Assembly: GCF_963921235.1 (NCBI RefSeq)
Contig: NC_086108.1
Coordinates: 86,616,001-86,680,000 of the forward strand
DNA from: Mobula hypostoma
Taxonomy: Eukaryota
Direction of reading: 5' to 3'
Length of the DNA: 64,000 bases
Below the pieces are notes generated by a model, which searched no databases, was not told the origin of the DNA, and was given only the letters and a program-made list of their open reading frames with translations. Made by a program: the position numbers and the translations under genes. Within the stretch, counting starts at the first letter, position 1; each line of letters starts with the position of its first letter. Shown piece after piece: positions 50,730 to 62,529 of the stretch.

Positions 50730-51808
50730 GCCCTAGCTATGCCTGCCTCTTCGTTGGTTATATGGAACAGTCTGTGCTCCAAACCTATTCTGGTACTGCT
50801 CCCCAACTTTTCCTTCAGTACATTGACGACTACATTGGTGCTGCTTCCTGCAGCCATGCTGAGCTCGTCAATTTCATCGACCTTACTTCTAACTTCCACC
50901 CAGCCCTCAAATTCACTTGGTCTATCTCAGACACTTCTCTCCCCTTTCTCAATCTCTCGGTCTCCATCTCTGGAGACAGACTGTCCACTAATGTCTCCTA
51001 CAAGCCCACTGACTCTCCTATCTACCTCAATTACACCTCTTCCCACTCCGCCACACGCAAAAATGCCATTCCCTATTCCCAGTTCCTCCGTCTCCGCCGC
51101 ATCTGCTCCGAGGATGAGGTTTTCCATTCCAGGACATCTCAAATGTCCTCTTTCTTTAAGGATCGTGGTTTCCCTTCTGCTGTCATCAATGAAGCCCTCA
51201 CCCGCACTTCGGCTCTCACCCCACCCTCCCGCCACCGCAACAGGGACAGAGTTCCCCTTGTCCTCACCTACCACCCCACCAGCCTCCGGATCCTGCAGAT
51301 TATCCTCCGCAACTTCCGCCACCTTCAACAGGACCCCATCACTAAGCACATCTCTCCCTCTCCACCCCTCTCCACTTTCCGCAGGGATCAGTCCCTCCGT
51401 GACTCCTTGATCCACACGTCCCTCTCCATGGATCTCCCACCCGGCACTTATCCCTGTAAGCGCAAGTGCTACACCTGTCCCTACACCTCCTCTCTTGCCA
51501 CCATTCAGGGCCCCAAACAGTCCTTCCAAGTGAGGCAACACTTCACTTGTGAGTCTGTTGGGGTCATCTATTGCATCCGGTGCTCCCGGTGCGGCCTCCT
51601 CTACATCGGTGAAACCCGATGCAGATTGGGGGACCGCTTCGTCGAGCACCTCCGCTCCATCCACCAAAACAGACAGGATCTCCTAGTAGCCACCCACTTC
51701 AACTCTGCTTCCCACTCCCATTCAGATATGTCCATACATGGCCTCCTCTACTGCCATGATGAAGCTACTCAGGTTGGAGGAGCAACACCTCATATACCTT
51801 CTAGGTAG
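50717..51808 (+). CDS. Penelope-like element ORF fragment: RT C-terminal half + GIY-YIG endonuclease (5' truncated, frameshifted near C-terminus)
   Basis: GPSYACLFVG, YIDDY, FHPALKFT, YKPTDS, IPYSQFLRLRRICS, CxxxCxxC linker, GVIYCIRCSRCGLLYIGET..RLGDRFVEH..VATHFN. Element spans ~50728-52132; probably non-functional. Confidence 0.92.
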   Translation: MVYKGPSYACLFVGYMEQSVLQTYSGTAPQLFLQYIDDYIGAASCSHAELVNFIDLTSNFHPALKFTWSISDTSLPFLNLSVSISGDRLSTNVSYKPTDSPIYLNYTSSHSATRKNAIPYSQFLRLRRICSEDEVFHSRTSQMSSFFKDRGFPSAVINEALTRTSALTPPSRHRNRDRVPLVLTYHPTSLRILQIILRNFRHLQQDPITKHISPSPPLSTFRRDQSLRDSLIHTSLSMDLPPGTYPCKRKCYTCPYTSSLATIQGPKQSFQVRQHFTCESVGVIYCIRCSRCGLLYIGETRCRLGDRFVEHLRSIHQNRQDLLVATHFNSASHSHSDMSIHGLLYCHDEATQVGGATPHIPSR

Positions 51809-52128
51809 TCTCCAACCCCTTGGTATGAATATAGAATTCTCCAACTTCCAGTAATTCCCTCCACCTCCCTTCCTCTATCCCTATGTCACTCTGCCCCCTC
51901 TCTCAGCTGCCTATCACCTCCCTCATGGTTCTGCCTCCTTCTACTACCCATTGTGTTTTCCCCTATTCCTTCTTCACCTTTCCTGCCTATCCCCTCCCTG
52001 CTTCCCCTCCCCCACCCCTTTGTCTTTCCCCTTACTGGTTTTTCAGCTGGAACCTACCAGCCTTCTCCTTCCCACCCTCCCCCCACCTTCTTTATAGGGC
52101 CTCTGCCCCTTCCCTCTACAGTCCTGTT

Positions 52129-53020
52129 GAAGGTTGGAGGTGTTGTGGATAGTGTGGAGAGCTGTCAGAGGTTACAGCGGGACATTGATAGGATGCAAAA
52201 TTGGACTGAGAAGTGGCAGATGGATTTCAACACGGATAAGTGTGAGGTGGTTCATTTTGGTAGGTCAAATATGATGGCAGAATATAGTATTAATGGTAAG
52301 ACTCTTGACTGTGTGGAGGATCAGAGGGATCTTGGGGTCCGAGTCTATAGGACACTCAAAGCAGCTGCACAGGTTGACTCTGTGGTTAAGAAGGCATATG
52401 GTGTATTGGCCTTCATCAACCATGGAATTGAATTTAGGAGCCGAGAGGTAACGTTGCAGCTATATAGGACCCTGGTCATACCCCACTTGGAGTACAATGC
52501 TCAATTCTGGTCACCTCACTACAGGAAGGATGTGGAAGCTATAGAAAGAGTGCAGAGGAGATTTACAAGGGTGTTGCCTGGATTAGAGAGCATGCCTTAT
52601 GAAAACAGGTTGAGTGAACTCGTCCTTTTCTCCTCGGAGTGATGGAGGATGAGAGGTGACCTGATAGAGGTGTATAAGATGATGAGAGGCATTGATCGTG
52701 TGGATAGTCAGAGGCTTTTTCCCAGGGCTGAAATGGTTGCCACAAGAGGACACAGGTTTAAGGTGCTGGGGAGCAGGTACAGAGGAGATATCAGGGGTAA
52801 GTTTTTTTTACTCAGACTGTTGAGTGTGTGGAATGGACTGCTGGCAACAGTGGTGGAGGCGGGTACAATAGAGTCTTTTAAGGGACTTTTGGATAGGTAC
52901 ATGGAGCTTAGAAAAATAGAAGGCTATGAATAAGCCTCATAATTTCTAAGGTAGGGACATGTTTGGCACAACTTTATGGGCCGAAGGGCCTGTATTGAGC
53001 TGTAGGTTTTCTATGTTTCA
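52129..53020 (+). mobile_element. CR1 LINE 3' region (3' half of chimera)
   Basis: KVGGVVDSVESCQRLQRDIDRM..DKCEVVHFG..RDLGV; RGDLIEVYK; TTTCTATGTTTC tail. Confidence 0.95.
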
Positions 53021-53749
53021 ATATGTTAACCCTTTCATTTCCAGGATTATTCCCATCCACCTCCTCTGGAGCCTCTCCAATGCCAGCACATCCTTTCTTA
53101 GATATGGGGCCCAAAGCTGCTCACAATACTCCAAATGCAGTCTGAATAAAGCCTCAGCATTACATCCTTACTTTTAAATTGTGCTTTTAAATTCTAGTCT
53201 GCTTGAAATGAATGCTGACACTGCATTTGCCTTAACTACTGAATCAGCCTGTAAGTTTACTATTAGGGAATCCTTCACTAAGACTCCCAAATCCCATTGT
53301 GTCTCTGATTTCTGAATTTGCTCCTTGTTTAGAAAATAGTGTATACTTTTATTACTTCTACCAAAGTCCATGACCGTACACTTCAATACAGTGTATTCTG
53401 TCTGCCTCTTCTTTGCCCTTTTCCTAATCTATTCAAGTCCTTCTGCAGACTCTCTGATGTCTCAACACTACCACCCCTTCCATCAATCTTTGTATCATTC
53501 ACAAACTTAGCCCCAGAGTCTCATCTAGTGCAGTTGCCAAAAAAAATCCTTTTTCTAACCTCTAGTCTCATTGCAATAGAGAGCAAAATGCCATTTACCT
53601 TCCCAATTACTTGCTGCTCCTGCTGATAACTTTATTGATTCGAGCACAAGAACACTTAGATCCCTCCATACTTCACTCATATTCAGTCTTTTCCAATTTA
53701 TATAATAATCTGTCTTTGATTCCTCTTCCAAAGTGCATAATCTCACACA

Positions 53750-54085
53750 GAGCCATAGAATGAAAGAGCACTACAGCACACAACCAGGCCCTTTATCGCA
53801 TCTAGTCCATGCTGAACTATTATTCTGTCTATTCCCATGGACCCTCCAAACCACACCTCTGCCCACCCATGTACCTATGCTAACTTCTCTTATAGGTTGA
53901 AATTGAACCCACATCCACCATCTCTGCTGGTAGCTTGTTTCACGCTCTCACCATACTCAACTTCTGAATGAAGACGCTCCCCCTCATGTTCCCCTTAAAC
54001 ATTCCACCTTCCACCCTTAACATATGACCTCTAGTTCTAATCTCACGCTACCTCAATCGACAAAAGCCAACCTGTACTGACTGTA
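53750..54085 (-). mobile_element. CR1 3' fragment
   Basis: CATAGA..ACTACAGCACA tail; CCCCTCATGTTCCCCTTAAAC, ATGACCTCTAGT (reverse TRGH). Confidence 0.75.
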
Positions 54086-54204
54086 TCATATATACTTATA
54101 TTAAACTTCACTGAGTCAATATATAGAGGGTCTTACTCAAGTGGGTTCAACACTGGACCTTCCCCAGAAAGAATCAGGGAAAGTAACTGAAGTGGCAATC
54201 TAGG

Positions 54205-54289
54205 AGCAACATACATCAAAGTTGCTGGTGAACGCAGCAGGCCAGGCAGCATCTATAGGAAGAGGCGCAGTCGACGTTTCAGGCCGAGA
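54205..54289 (-). mobile_element. Penelope-like terminal fragment with intact hammerhead 3' half
   Basis: Minus strand TCTCGGCCT-GAAAC-GTC-GACTG-CGCCTCTTCCTATAGATGCTGCCTGGCCTGCTG. Confidence 0.75.
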
Positions 54290-55335
54290 GTGATCATAAT
54301 TCTATAAATTTCAACATTGTGAGGAATTACTTTGGGGGAATTAGGCATTGTCTACTAGAAGTCATTTCGGAGAGACTGTTTGAAGGGAATGGAATGAGTA
54401 GCAAGTGGGAAGATCTTAAGAATGTGATATCAATAGACCAAGAGCAGGACATTCCCTTCAGGATGAAGAGTAAATCTGTCAAGTTAAGGGAACCTTAGCT
54501 GACAACAGATGTTGAGGCTCTGGTCAAGAAAAATCAGAAGGCATAGGTTTAAGAGGTTGGGAATGAGTGAATCCCTTGATGACTATAAAAACATAAAGAA
54601 TACTCTTTAGAGGGAAATCAGAAGGCAAAGAGACGGTATGAAATGGAGCTGACAATTAGTGTTAAGGAAAATATCAAGAGGTTCTATAGCAATATTAAGA
54701 GTAAAAGAGTGATTAGGGAGAGAATAGTTCCCCTTGGAGATCAACAGATCCTTGCATATCTTGAGCCACGTGGGCACTGCGTTAGAACTTTACGTTGTAG
54801 TTGTAGAAGTAATTAGTCAGCCTGCACTAGTAATTCTGAGTACAGTTTTGGTCACCATGTTATAGAAAGATACGGTTAAATTGAAAGGAGTACCGAAAAA
54901 TATTTACAAGGATAATAGCTGAGGCTGAGCAGGTCAGGTCTTCATTTCTTGGGATGAAGGAGAATTAGGGGCAATCATATAGAAATGTATTAAAATTATG
55001 AGAGATATAGATAAGGTAGATGGTAACAGTTTTTTCCCCAGGGTAGGGGAGTCCAAAAATTGGCAACATAAATTTAGGGCAAGAGGGGAAAGATTTAAAA
55101 GGGACCCAAGGGGCAACTTTTTCTACACAGAAGGTGGTGATTATGTGGAATACACTACTAGAAGAAATGGTTGAGAGGTTGATTCATATCATTTACGAAG
55201 CACTTGGATGGTATTTGGAGGGGCAGAGTTTACAGGGATATGAATTGAACACTGGAAATTGGGGCTATCTGAATGGGTACCATAGTTTGTTTGGGCTGAC
55301 TGGGTCTGTATAGATGGTGTATTGTTCTTTGACTC
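54290..55335 (+). mobile_element. Degraded, internally deleted CR1
   Basis: REP*LT, GTTAAGGAAAATATCAAGAGGTTCTAT (VKEN..FY), then TACAGTTTTGGTCACC (QFWSP) and 3' end motifs. Confidence 0.7.
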
Positions 55336-55461
55336 TATTTTTCATGTTTTTGACCACTTACTCAATATGTCTAAATCCCACTGTAAAGTCACAATATTCT
55401 GATTGCAACATACCCTTCCACCTATTTGTCTGTCCTTGAGACTCTATTGATGGACTGAGAC

Positions 55462-56099
55462 CAAAGTTGCCTCACAGGTGGATAGGGTAGTTAAGAAAGC
55501 TATGGGGTGTTAGCTTTCATAAGTCAAGGGATAGAGTTTAAGAGTTGCGATGTAATGATGCAGCTCTATAAAACTCTGGTTAGGCCACACTTGGAGTACT
55601 GTGTCCAGTTCTGGTCACCTCACTATAGGAAGGATGTGGAAGCATTGGAAAGGGTACAGAGGAGATTTACCAGGATGCTGCCTGTCTTAGAGAGTATGGA
55701 TTATGATCAGAGATTAAGGGAGCTAGAGCTTTACTCTTTGGAGGGAAGGAGGATGAGAGGAGACATGATAGAGGTGTACAAGATAATAAGAGGAATAGAT
55801 AGAATGGATAGCCAGTGCCTCTTTCCCAGGGCACCACTGCTCAATACAAGAGGACATGGTTTTAAGGTAAGGGGTGGGAAGTTCGAGGGGTATATTAGAG
55901 GAAGGTTTTTTACTCAGAGGAATGCACTGCCTGAATCAGTGGTGGAGGCAAATACACTAGTGAAGTTTAAGAGACTACTAGACAGGTATATGGAGGAATT
56001 TAAGGTTGGGGGTTATATGGGAGGCAGGGTATGAGGGTCGGCACAACATTGTGGGCCGAAGGGCCTGTAATGCGCTGTACTATTCAATGTTCTACGTTC
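55462..56099 (+). mobile_element. CR1 3' fragment, same subfamily as 38138-40290
   Basis: ORF 55507-56034 LYKTLVRPHLEYCVQFWSPHYRKD..RGDMIEVYK..TRGHGFKV; near-identical to 39645-40290. Confidence 0.96.
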
Positions 56100-56258
56100 C
56101 TCAGGACTGGAAAGGAAGAGGAAAAGTTTTGATCTCTTATTTTCCTTTTACCGTTGCTACATGGTGCAGAAATTCACTGTATAATCATAGAACCATAGAA
56201 ACTACAGAACAGAAACAGGCCCTTTGGCCCTTCTTGGCTGTGCCGAACCATTTTCTGC

Positions 56259-59147
56259 CTAGTCCCACTGACCTGCACATGGACCATATCCCTCCATACA
56301 CCTCCCATCCATGTATCTGTCCAATTTATTCTTAAATGTTAAAAAAGAACCCGCATTTACCACCTCGTCTGGCAGCTCATTCCATACTCCCACCACTCTC
56401 TGTGTGAAGAAGCCCCCCCTAATGTTCCCTTTAAACTTTTCCCCCCTCACCCTTAACCCATGTCCTCTGGTTTTTTTCTCCCCTTGCCTCAGTGGAAAAA
56501 GCCTGCTTGCATTCACTCTATCTATACCCATCATAATTTTATATACCTCTATCAAATCTCCCCTCATTCTTCTACGCTCTAGGGAATGAAGTCCTAACCT
56601 ATTCAACCTTTCTCTGTAACTGAGTTTCTCAAATCCCAGCAACATCCTTGTAAACCTTCTCTGCACTCTTTCAACCTTATTTATATCCTTCCTGTAATTT
56701 GGTGACCAAAACTGTACACAATACTCCAGATTCGGCCTCAGCAATGCCTTATACAACCTCATCATAACATTCCAGGTCTTATACTCAATACTTCGATTAA
56801 TAAAGGCCAATGTACCAAAAGCTCTCTTTACGACCCTATCTACCTGTGACGACACTTTTAGGGAATTTTGTATCTGTATTCCCAGATTCCTCTGTTCCAC
56901 TGCACTCCTCAGTGCCTTACCATTAACCCTGTATGTTCTACGTTGGTTTGTCCTTCCAACGTGCAATACCTCACACTTGTCAGTATTAAACTCTATCTGC
57001 CATTTTTCAGCCCATTTTTCCAGATGGTGCAAGTCCCTCTGCAGGCTCTGAAAACCTTCCTCACTGTCTACTACACCTCCAATCTTTGTATCATCAGCAA
57101 ACTTGCTCATCCAATTTACCACATTATCATCCAGAACATTGATATAGATGACAAATAACAATGGACCCAGCACTGATCCCTGTGGCACACCACTAGTCAC
57201 AGGCCTCCACTCAGAGAAGCAATTCTCTACCACCACTCTCTGGCTTCTTCCATCGAGCCAATGTCTAATCCAATTTACCATCTCTCCATGTATACCTAGT
57301 GACTGAATTTTCCTAACTAACCTCCCATGCGGGACCTTGTCAAAGGCCTTACTGAAGTCCATGTAGACAATATCCACTGCCTTCCCTTCATCCACTTTCC
57401 TGGTAACCTCCTCGAAAAACTCCAACAGATTGGTCAAACGTGACCTACCACGCACAAAGCCATGTTGACTCTCCCTAACAAGCCCCTGTCTATCCAAATG
57501 CTTGTAGATTCTGTCTCTTAGTACTCCCTCCAATAACTTACCTACTACTGACATTAAACTCACCGGCCTATAATTTCCCGGATTACTTTTCGATCCTTTT
57601 TTAAACAACGGAACAACATGAGCCACTCTCCAATCCTCCGGCACTTCACCCGTAGACAGCGACATTTTAAATATTTCTGCCAGGGCCCCCGCAATTTCAA
57701 CACTAGTCTCCTTCAAGGTCTGAGGGAACACCCTGTCAGGTCCCGGGGATTTATCCACTTTAATTTTCCTCAAGACAGCAAGCACCTCCTCCTTTTCAAT
57801 CTGTACAGTTTCCATGGTCTCACTACTTGATTCCCTCAATTCCATAGATTTCATGCCAGCTTCCTTAGTAAATACAGACGCAAAAAACCTATTTAAGATC
57901 TCCCCCATTTCCTTTGGTTCCGCACAAAGTCGACCACTTTGATCTTCAAGAGGACCAATTTTATCCCTTACAATCCTTTTGCTCTTAATATACTTGTAAA
58001 AGCTCTTTGGATTATCCTTCACTTAGACTGCCAAGGCAACCTCATGTCTTCTTTTAGCCCTCCTGATTTCTTTCTTAAGTATTTTCTTGCACTTCTTATA
58101 CTCCTCAAGCATCTGATTTACCCCCTGTTTCCTATACATTTCATACAACTCCCTCTTCTTCTTTATCAGAGTTGCAATATCCCTTGAGAATCAAGGTTCC
58201 TTATTCCTATTCAATTTGCCTTTAATCCTGACAGGAACATACAAACTCTGCACTCTCAAAATTTCCCCTTTGAAAGCTTCCCACCTACCAATCACATCTT
58301 TGCCAGAGAACAAACTGTCCCAATCCACGCTTTTTAGATCCTTTCTCATTTCTTCAAATTTGGCCTTCTTCCAGTTCAGAACCTCAACCCTAGGACCAGA
58401 TCTATCCTTGTCCATGATCAAATTGAAACTAATGGTGTTATGATCACTGGAACCAAAGTGCTCCCCTACACAGACTTCTGTCACTTGCTGTAATTCGTTA
58501 CTTAACAGGAGATCCAATATTGCATCCCCTCTAGTTGGTCCCTCTATATATTGATTTAGAAAACTTTTCTGAACACATTTTACGAACTCTAAACCATCTA
58601 GACCCCTAACAGTATGGGAGTCCCAATCAATGTATGGAAAATTAAAATCCCCTACCACCACAACTTTATGTTTCCAGCAGTTGCCTGCTATCTCTCTGCA
58701 GATTTGCTCTTCCAAGTCTCGTTGACTATTGGGTGGTCTGTAATACAATCCCACTAATGTGGCCATACCTTTCCTGTTTCTCAGCTCCACCCATAAGGAC
58801 TCAGTAGACAAGCCCTCTAATCTGTCCTGCCTGAGCACTGCTGTAATATTTTCCCTAACAAGCAATGCTACTCCCCCTCCTTTCATTCCTCTGCCTTGAT
58901 CACATCTGAAACATTGGAACCCTGGAAAATTAAGCTGCCAGTCCTGCCCCTCCTGTAGCCAAGTTTCACTAATTGCTACAACATCATAATTCCACGTGTC
59001 AATCCACGCCCTCAACTCATCCGCCTTCCCCGCAATACTCCTAGCATTGAAATATATACACCTCAGAAGATTTTTACCACCACTCACAACCTTTCTATCA
59101 GCGGATTTGCTTAAACTTTCAACATCATTTGTTTTCACCCCAGCCAC
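56259..59147 (-). pseudogene. CR1 ORF2 (APE endonuclease + reverse transcriptase), single frame with two nonsense codons
   Basis: ORFs 58191-59147 and 56259-58022 share a frame; the gap reads FSRDIATLIKKKRELYEMYRKQG..RAKRRHEVALAV; stops TGA (58191-58193) and TAA (58023-58025); FNARSI, SETWL, GDFN, SDHN, QGSVLGP, FADD present. Confidence 0.96.
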
Positions 59148-59184
59148 ACTGCTCTGGCACTCTGGTTCCCATCCCCCTGCAAAT

Positions 59185-59970
59185 CTAGTTTAAAGCCTCC
59201 CCAATAGCACTAACAAACCTCCCTGAAAGGCTATTCGTCCCCCTCTGGTTCAAGTGTAACCCATCTCTCTTGTACAGGTCCCACCTGCCCCAGAAGAGGT
59301 CCCAATGATCCTGAAATCTGAAACCCTGCCCCCTACACCAGTTCCTCAGCCACTTGTTCCTCCTCCAGAGCATCCTATTCCTACCCTCACTTGCACCTAG
59401 CACAGGTAGCAATCCTGAGATTACCACCCTTGAGGTCCTGCTTTTCAACTTCCTACCAAGCTCTCTATACTCACTGTCCAGGACCTCTTCACTCTTCCTT
59501 GCTATGTCATTGGTACTGATGTGCACCACGACATCTGGCTGATCACCCTCCCACTTCAGAATGTCATGCAATTGATCAGAGACATCCTTGACCCTGGCAC
59601 CTGGGAGGCAACAAACCATCCTGGATTCTCTGTCACGACCACAGAACCTTCTATCTGCACCTCTAACTATCGAGTCCCCTATCACTACCGCTCTCCTCTT
59701 TCTCCCCCCTCTCTTCTGCAGTGCAGAGCCAGACTCAGTGCCAGAGATCTGGCTACTGCAGCTAGTCTCCGGTAAGTCATCCCCCCCAACAGTACCCAAT
59801 GCGGTATACTTGTTGTTGAGGGGAATGGCCACAGGGGAACCCTGCTCTGCCTGCCCTTTCCTCTTCCCTCGCCTGACAGTGACCCAATTTCCTGTCCTCT
59901 GCTCCTTTGGCATAACTACCTCCCTGTAGCTACAATCTATAATCTCCTCATTCTCCCGATTGATCCTGAG
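59185..59970 (-). CDS. CR1 ORF1 C-terminal part: SGNH/GDSL esterase-like domain
   Basis: Open frame with WVTVRR, VIGDSIVRG, CLPGARV, VVHISTND, DGLHLN; N-terminus missing. Confidence 0.88.
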   Translation of the reverse strand, partial: LRINRENEEIIDCSYREVVMPKEQRTGNWVTVRRGKRKGQAEQGSPVAIPLNNKYTALGTVGGDDLPETSCSSQISGTESGSALQKRGGRKRRAVVIGDSIVRGADRRFCGRDRESRMVCCLPGARVKDVSDQLHDILKWEGDQPDVVVHISTNDIARKSEEVLDSEYRELGRKLKSRTSRVVISGLLPVLGASEGRNRMLWRRNKWLRNWCRGQGFRFQDHWDLFWGRWDLYKRDGLHLNQRGTNSLSGRFVSAIGEALN

Positions 59971-60629
59971 ATAATAATCATCCTGGGACACTTTACTGCA
60001 TCAAATGTGCTATATAAATGTTGGAATCTTTTACTTTCTTCTTTTATAAACCAGGCATCATGCCTTCTCAAGCGAGTAAGCAGTCCTCCAGCTATTTAGC
60101 TGCTGCCAACATTGATCATTTAAATTTAATTTCAGAAAATCATCCACTGTGTGCATCTGAATTAAATCTTGTCTTGTGAGTTAATGGTAGCAAAACGGTG
60201 GGAAGTAGCACCAATTGACCACCTTTAACTGCACTGAAAGATAAAATTGTTCCTTTGAATTCTCAACACTCCTACTTGAAGATTCCCCTCAGATGTAAAA
60301 CTCAACTCAATCAGCATCACCGACCTTCATTATTGCTGTGTTAGAATCCTGAAATCAATACCCATGTAAGAAAAATGTTTTAACATGGACTGAAATGATT
60401 CCAGAAAATAATACGTTCTTGAGGTAACTGGGGTTCAGCTGTCAAATCAGCCTCAGCAGGCTGATCATCTACAAATAGTATTTAAAACCAAACTAGAAGA
60501 AATTTTGCCATGTAATTGTATTTCACTCTTTCTTGGTGCATTTAAAATTCTCTCTTTGTTGAATGAACACCAATTCATTTTTCCTTTAAAAATAGTTAAA
60601 AGCAAGTCCACCCGATTCAAAAAGTTAAC

Positions 60630-60985
60630 AAACTCTTCGATAGGCACATGCATGACGAAGAAGTGGAGGACTATGAAGGAAGGAATGGTTAGATTGATAT
60701 TAGAGCAGGTTAAAATGTCAGCACAACATCATGGGCCAAAGGAACTGTACTGAGCTGTAGTGTTCTATGTTCTAAAGTGGGCACTAGGTATGTGGAATAA
60801 GCTGCCAGAGGAAGTGGTTGAGGCAGGTACGATAACAACTTTTAAAAGATGGATGGACAAGCACATGGATAAGAAAGGATTAGAAGGCTAAAGGGCAAAT
60901 GTTAGCAAATGGGACTAGATTGGATTGGTCTATTGGTTGGTATGGACCAATTGAGCCAAGGGACTTGTTTCCATGCTGAATAATG
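60630..60985 (+). mobile_element. Two adjacent CR1 3' end fragments
   Basis: GCACAACATCATGGGCC..GTTCTATGTTCTA, then TGTGGAATAAGCTGCCAGAGGAAGTGGTTGAGGCAGG (WNKLPEEVVEA). Confidence 0.85.
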
Positions 60986-61113
60986 ACAGGATTTATTATG
61001 GTGTTTTACACTGAAAAAATGATTACGGAAACATCAGGGCTGAAATTCACACTTTCCAAGACCAATAAGCAGCAGTGGTGCACACTACAGTTGCCAGTGA
61101 GGAGGGGTCAACA

Positions 61114-62529
61114 ATGGGAGGACACTTACTAATCACTGGTGAGATACATGAAAGGAGGGAACTGCTGTGTAGTCGAGGGTCCAGGAGACCTCAGCTCCAC
61201 CCAACACCCATTTCCCACACCACCACAAGAAAATCCTGGTTGGGGATGGTCTAGGGCATATTTTTGCAACGTGGACCAGTTTATTATTGACAATATTCTT
61301 GCAGACCGGCCGACTGAAGGTGGGGTATGGTTGCCAATGGACTAGAGTAGCAGTCAAATACATTGTGTTTACCCCGAGAAAGCCTACCATGACCATGAAG
61401 CCTTACGCAGGCACCTGTGTGCACATGCGTAACTTTCGCCTCCATGTACGTGTCGATTTATTTCTACAAATCGTTTTTTGCGATTCAGTTCGGGGGGGAG
61501 GGTGTTAATCACAAACCGGAATATAGGTGATAAGTGACTAATACACTCAATTTCGTTTCTAAAAGGGTTTATCTAATGAATTTAATATTAAACACACAGC
61601 ACATATTTTCCTCGCATGAATATAGTGATGTCAATTATCAGGGGAGGACAGCGGAGCTTGAAGTAAGTGTTGAATGAACTTCCAGTAGAAGTGGTAAAGT
61701 CAGGTTCGATATCACTTAAAGAAAAATTGGATAGGTATATGGACGGGAAAGGAATGGAGGGTTATGGGCTGAGTGCAGACTGGTGGGACTAGGTGAGAGT
61801 AGCGTTTGGCATGGACTAGAAGGGCAGAGATGGCCTGTTTCCATGCTGTAATTGTTATATGGTTATATAAGTCACTTATAAGTCAATAGCATCATAACAT
61901 TTTAAGTAATGTTTGGATATTGAACAGACAGCACATATTTTCCCCATATGAACATATAAAATCATTGCAACACACCAATGTCACTGAATCAGTGGGATCC
62001 CTGGGCTTGTTTCCCTGCAACGAGACGGTGCCATCGAGGGGTGATGGGAGACAGTGATATTCGATATTCCTTATGTCCAGTCTATTCCGCAATTTAGTTT
62101 TCATTGCATTCATTACAGAGATATGTTGGAAATGGAAGCAACATTTTCAGTGCTTTTGTGGCTATCTCAGGATATTTAGCCTTGACTTTGATCCAGAATG
62201 TCAGCAGAGATGTTATGTCAAATGTACTTTTCAGCCTGCCGTCATTTGCAAGCTGGAGGAGTTGATCTTCTTCCCGCGCTGACATGGATGATGCGCAGGT
62301 AATGACCTCGCGTGCGTTCAAGCTCAACAGTGCATGACAGGGAATGAAGAAAGGTGCAGCTGACTCGTATCTCCAAATCATATCATTTCCTCACCGCGCG
62401 GTAGCACATGCTTTGTGGCCCGGTTGTTGGGGACCACTGGTCTAGGGTCACCTCTCCTCTAGGAATGGGAATCCCTATACAAACGAAAAGTGTCACAAGA
62501 AATTTCATGACCTCATAAGGCATGTCAAA
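61114..62529 (+). pseudogene. Myb/SANT-like domain fossil (Harbinger-type), split by a hAT insertion
   Basis: Joining 61114-61256 to 62448-62529 gives one frame: MGGHLLITGEIHERRELLCSRGSRRP..TTRKSWLGMV*GHLSSRNGNPYTNEKCHKKFHDLIRHVK, then GTGAG. Confidence 0.55.
61257..62439 (-). mobile_element. Non-autonomous hAT (Charlie/Buster-like) containing a CR1 3' fragment (~61665-61868)
   Basis: Perfect TSD GTCTAGGG (61249-61256, 62440-62447); right terminus GTTGGGGACCACTG, left TIR eroded; minus peptides EDQLLQLAND..FWIKVKAKYPEIATKALKMLLPFPTYLC and MKTKLRNRLDI (hAT dimerisation domain). Confidence 0.92.

Larger units (their letters stand above)
49330..53750 (-). mobile_element. CR1 fragment (49330-49745 and 53021-53750) split by a plus-strand CR1/Penelope chimera
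   Basis: Tail ACCATAAGACATAGGAGC; host reads through TTCCTCA|ATATGTTAACCCTTTC; minus ORF 53174-53386 KCTVMDFGRSN..QWDLGVLV. Confidence 0.8.
56186..59973 (-). mobile_element. Young near-intact CR1 LINE, 5'-truncated within ORF1
   Basis: ORF1 + ORF2 + (CATAGAAC) tail; candidate TSD ATAATCAT at 56181-56188 and 59974-59981, overlapping the tail. Confidence 0.98.

Noticed and set aside
50927..51667. 246-aa minus-strand ORF
   Set aside because: Antisense shadow of the Penelope ORF; no independent motifs.
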